Source of the DNA: Heterodontus francisci
Lineage: Eukaryota
Assembly (NCBI RefSeq): GCF_036365525.1
Contig: NC_090375.1
Location: 130,920,002-130,984,001 of the forward strand
DNA: 64,000 nt
Direction of reading: 5' to 3'
In this document: positions 59,900 to 64,000 of the stretch, in pieces
Layout: each line of letters begins with the position of its first letter
Numbering within the stretch: position 1 is the stretch's first letter
The notes under the pieces: model-generated
What the model was told of the DNA's origin: nothing
Database searches by the model: none
The model's input: the letters and a program-made list of their open reading frames with translations, nothing else
Made by a program: the position numbers and the translations under genes

Positions 59900-60560
59900 A
59901 TCTCAGGTGTTGGTTCAAGATGGCAGTGATATATTCCATAATTATCCTGGTTGCTCAATGGGCCTAGTTGGATCTATTGTGCTTCTGCCTGTGGTTGGTA
60001 CAATGGTGTCAATAGTTGTGGCTGAAAAAGGCAGCCTTGGCCTCGAAGGAGCCATCCTTACAGAATAGAAATAAAGGTGGCATAGATTCCAAGGCATTTG
60101 GACTGCTGACTAGCAAGCAGGCATAACCCTGTACGATCTGGTATTTGTGATTGCTCACCAGCTGAATATTGATGGACTCTCTTTTGGTCTTTGTAGCTAT
60201 GGCATTGAGTCTGAAGGTTACAGATGATGACATGGGCACCGTCACTTATGGACTTTGGGGAATCCAAAAATATGATTAGATTGGACAGCTGTGTCATGCC
60301 ACTTCTGTTGCTACTTATTAGAAGTTGCAAATACTGGCTGTGCTGGATGATGTATCTGTTACCAATTTAGGATGTTCCATAGATGCCTTCTCCAATTCAG
60401 TGGCATCAGTCACTCCCATAAGTAGATCCCAATCCCCTCACATACCAGAGTAGGATCACACTGCCAATTACTACTTATACAATGGCATAACCCAGGGATG
60501 TAACAGTAGTATCCCTTGTGATCTGAACTGGCTATCTGTGTCATTCATATGAACTCACAA
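59900..60560 (-). pseudogene. Possible Gypsy integrase C-terminal remnant
   Basis: Fragments KDQKRVH..DRTGLCLLASQQSK..KDGSFE resemble QKRLYD..GDRVLVLLP..KL..WQGPFE. Many stops and frameshifts. Confidence 0.35.
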
Positions 60561-60679
60561 GATGGAGGGGATATCATCAAGCAGTTCAGAGAGTTAAGTA
60601 AGAATATGGGTATTTTTAACTATCTTAAAATAGAGTGGAATAAAGATAATGCATGTGGACAGAGTAGGGAATACTTTTA

Positions 60680-62075
60680 ACAATGCATCCAACTTGGAGC
60701 CCATCCATTCCACTGTGGAAGTGGTGGTCAACTCCATGAGTGCACTAGCAGACCCAGCCTTGAAGAAGCATCTGGTGGCCACTGTCTCAGCTTCCACTGC
60801 ACCATAGGTGGAAGCTATCCACTGCCTGAGTGTTGCAGTAGAAGCTCAGACTGAGGTCGTGAGATATATGCTTGTTGCCATGCAGTCTCAGACCATTGCC
60901 ATCATGGCTCTGGATCCAGTGCTCAAAGGTACATGCAAGCCCTAGAGGCAATCCAGCAATTTGTCCTTCAACAGATTACTAGGATTGCTGAGGCGCTGCT
61001 CCAGGGGAATGGCAGCGGCTCTACTGTGCACAAACATGCTGTCCTCTCTTAAAATGATAGCATTCATATTCTCACTACTGCCACTCCCCCAGTGCCCTTA
61101 CTGTTGCCTCTCAGCCAGCCCAGACTGCTGCCACCCATGCTAAGGTGGTGCAGTCCGAAGCCGGGCCCTCAAGGCCCAGAGCTGCTTGAGGTCATCCTGT
61201 GAGGACATCATCAGTCTCCTCCACTGAAAGTCAGCAGCCTTCCATCAGCCATGCTGTAACCACTGGGGTAGCGTTGCATAGGATCTGGAAGACAGACAAA
61301 GGCACCCGCAAGACAGACACTAAGGGAATGCACAAGGGTAAATAGTTCATTGTGTTGTTGGATAATGATGTTATGGAAAGGATTTTGCTGGTGGTTTTTA
61401 TTGTTGGATGGTGGCCAAAGAAACACTATGATGGGGCATTTCAGATGGAAGTAATGGACGGAAATGTTGGGGTCATGCTGATGTATGGAAGTTGTATCAC
61501 TGAAGTCGGAGCCTGATAAATCACACCTCCACATGGTTAAAAGGGGTCCAGGATGCCTCTTCCTTGCCTCCTCCTGTTTCTCCTGCTCCTGAGGTGGTCT
61601 CCAGGTCCCAGGAGGTAATGGCTGCACCCTTGAAATAGCAAGGTTGTGGAGAATGCAGCACACCACTATGAACTTTGAGACCCACTCTGGGGTGTACTAC
61701 AGTGCTGCCCTGAGCAGTCAAGGCAGTGGAACCATCATTTGAGAGGCTGATTGCCTGCTTGATGATGTTCCGGTGGCTCTGTGGCTCTTGTTGAAGGACT
61801 GCTCTGATCTTGTGGTGGGATAGCGAAGGGGGATCATCAGCCACATGTACAGGGTGTAGCTCTTGTCCCTGATCAGCCAGCGCTGGTTGCTTTAGAAGGG
61901 CTGAAGTCAGTGGGTAGGTGCCAGCTGGTGCAGAACAAATGTATTGTGGCTACTGCCGGGATAGCTGGAATTCACTGAAATGGTGTCTAGGCCACACACC
62001 AACTATACATTCGTAGAATGGAAGCCTTGCGTTCCCTGTTGAATGGGAAGCCCACAAAAACACATATGTGCAGTC
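60680..62075. pseudogene. Harbinger remnant: accessory ORF end (+) convergent with transposase C-term (-)
   Basis: Minus strand GSSHNTFVL, LIRDKSY, RNIIKQAI and VVCCILHNLAI match HARBI1-type PGS.HD, LLGD.GY, R..IE..G and CC.LHN motifs. Confidence 0.7.
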
Positions 62076-62079
62076 AATC

Positions 62080-63725
62080 TTTTTTTTAATTCATTCCTGG
62101 GATGTGGGCATCACTGGCTAGGCCAGCGTTTATTGCCCATCCCGAATTGCCCTTGAGAAGATGGTGGTGAGCTGCCTTCTTGAACCGCTGCAGTCCATGT
62201 GGGGTAGGTACACCTGGAGTGCTGTTAAGAAGGGTGTTCCAGGATTTTGACCCAGCGACAGTGAAGGAACATCGATATAGTTCCAAGTCAGGATGATGTG
62301 GCTTGGAGGGGAACTTGCAGATGGTGGTGCTCCCATGCATCTGCTGCCCTTGTTCTTCTAGAAGGTACAGGCCACGTACTTGGAAGGTGCTGTTGAAGGA
62401 GCCTTGGTGCATTGCTGCAATGCATCTTGTAGATGGTACACACTGCTGCCACTGTGCATTGGTGGTGCAGGGAGTGAATGTTTGTAAATGGGGTGCCAAT
62501 CAAGTGGGCTGCTTTGTCCTGGATGGTGTCAAGCTTCTTGAGTAGTGTTGGAGCTGTACCCATCCAGGCAAGTGGAGAGTATTCCATCACACTCCTGACT
62601 TGTGCCTGGTCGATGGTGGACAGGCTTTGGGGAGTCAGGAGGTGAGTTATTCGTTGCAGGATTCCTAGCCGCTGACCTGCTCTTGTAGCCACGGTATTTA
62701 TATGGCTACTCCAGTTCAGTTTCTGGTCAGTGGTAACCCCCACGATGTTGATAGTTGGGGATTCAGCGATCGTAATGCCATTGAATGTCAAGGGAGATGG
62801 TAAGATTCTCTCTTGTTGGAGATGGTCATTGTGTGGCGTAAATGTTATTTGCCACTTATCAGCCCAAGCCTGGATATTGTCCAGGTCTTGCAGCATTTCT
62901 ACACGGACTGCTTCAGTATCTGAGGAGTAAACATTGTGCAATCATCAGCGAACATACCCTCTTCTGACCTTATGATTGAAGGAAGGTAATTGATGAAGCA
63001 GCTGAAGATGGTTGGGCCTCGGACACTACCCTGAGGAACTCCTGCAGTGATGTCCTGGAGCTGAGATAATTGACCTCCAAAAACCACAACCATCTTCCTT
63101 TGTGCTAGGTATGACTTCAACCAGCAGAGAGTTTTCCCCTTGATTCCCATTGATTCCAGTTTTGCTCGGGCTCCTTGATGCCATACTCAGTCAAATGCTG
63201 TCTTGATGTCAAGAGATGTCACTCTCAACTCACCTCTTGAGTTCTGTTCTTTTGTCCATGTTAGAACCAAGGCTTTAATGAAGTCTGGAGGTGAGAGACC
63301 CTGGCAGAACTCAATGAGCAGGTTATTGCTAAGCAAGTACCGCTTGATAGCACTGTCAACGACACCTTCCATCACTTTACTGATGATTGAGAGTAGACTG
63401 GGGTGGTAATTCGCTGGGTTGGACTTGTCCTACTTTTTGTGTACAGGATATACCTGGACAATTTTCCACATTGTCGGGTAGATGCCAGTGTTGTAGCTGT
63501 ACTGGAACAGCTTGGCAAGGGGTGCGACAAGTTCTGGAGCACAGGTCTTCAGTACAATTGCCGGAATGTTGTCAGGGCCCATAGCCTTTGCAGTATCCAG
63601 TGCCTTCAGTCGTTTCTTGATATCACTCAGAATGAATTGAATTGGCTGAAGACTGGCATCTGCAATGCTAGGGACTTCAGGAGGAGGTTGAGATGGATCA
63701 TCCACTTGGCACTTCTGGCTGAAGA
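62080..63725 (-). mobile_element. Second-family CR1/L2-group LINE, RT and 3' end
   Basis: ORFs 63430-63705 (KAMGPDNIP), 63187-63375 (LDIKTAFD), 62899-63150 (GVPQGSV..FADD) and 62288-62941 (AQVRSVMEYS). Confidence 0.92.
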
Positions 63726-63779
63726 TCTTGCCCTGCTATCCTGGGGAAGACTTGTGCCCTTTCATTCTACCCTTTCCTT

Positions 63780-64000
63780 CACAGTTAAAGATAATGAGGC
63801 TTTTAGCAAATACAAGAAGAGCAAATCAATGGAAGCATTAGTGGAGTACAGACAGTGTAGGATGCAGCTCAAGAAAGCAATTAAGAGAGCAAAGAGGGGA
63901 TATGAGAAAGCTCTGGCTGGTAAAAGTAGGGAGAATCCCAAGATATTCTATAAGTATATCAATGGGAAGAGGATAACCAGGGAAAGAGTAGGACCCATTA
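63780..64000 (+). mobile_element. CR1-type LINE fragment running off the window
   Basis: LKKAIKRAKRGYEKALAGKSRENPKIFYKYINGKRITRERVGP. Confidence 0.85.

Noticed and set aside
1-64000. CRISPR arrays, operons or other prokaryotic systems
   Set aside because: No regularly spaced repeat-spacer array or gene-dense structure; content is vertebrate transposon DNA.

Overview
This is non-coding vertebrate DNA, most likely from an elasmobranch (shark/ray), inferred from HE1-type V-SINEs, a Deu-domain SINE and CR1/HER1-type LINEs. I found no convincing host-gene exon. Nearly all interpretable sequence is transposon-derived: CR1-type, second-family CR1/L2-group and RTE LINE fragments, several SINE families, five solo LTRs, PIF/Harbinger remnants and MITEs, and a hAT-like MITE, often deeply nested. 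The standout is a young Penelope-like element (PLE; RT plus GIY-YIG, Neptune-type Cys linker) inserted as a 5.1-kb head-to-head palindrome (7515-12604) inside a perfect 14-bp target-site duplication (TSD). One arm carries an extra ~40-nt 3' tail. A 211-bp miniature with the same architecture and its own 14-bp TSD lies at 55784-55994. The PLE 3' ends carry a minimal type I hammerhead-ribozyme motif (six complete copies) with compensatory stem II changes, and three short copies start at the 5' edge of that motif. All assignments come from reading the sequence by eye; no database search was run, so family names and the boundaries of old elements are approximate.
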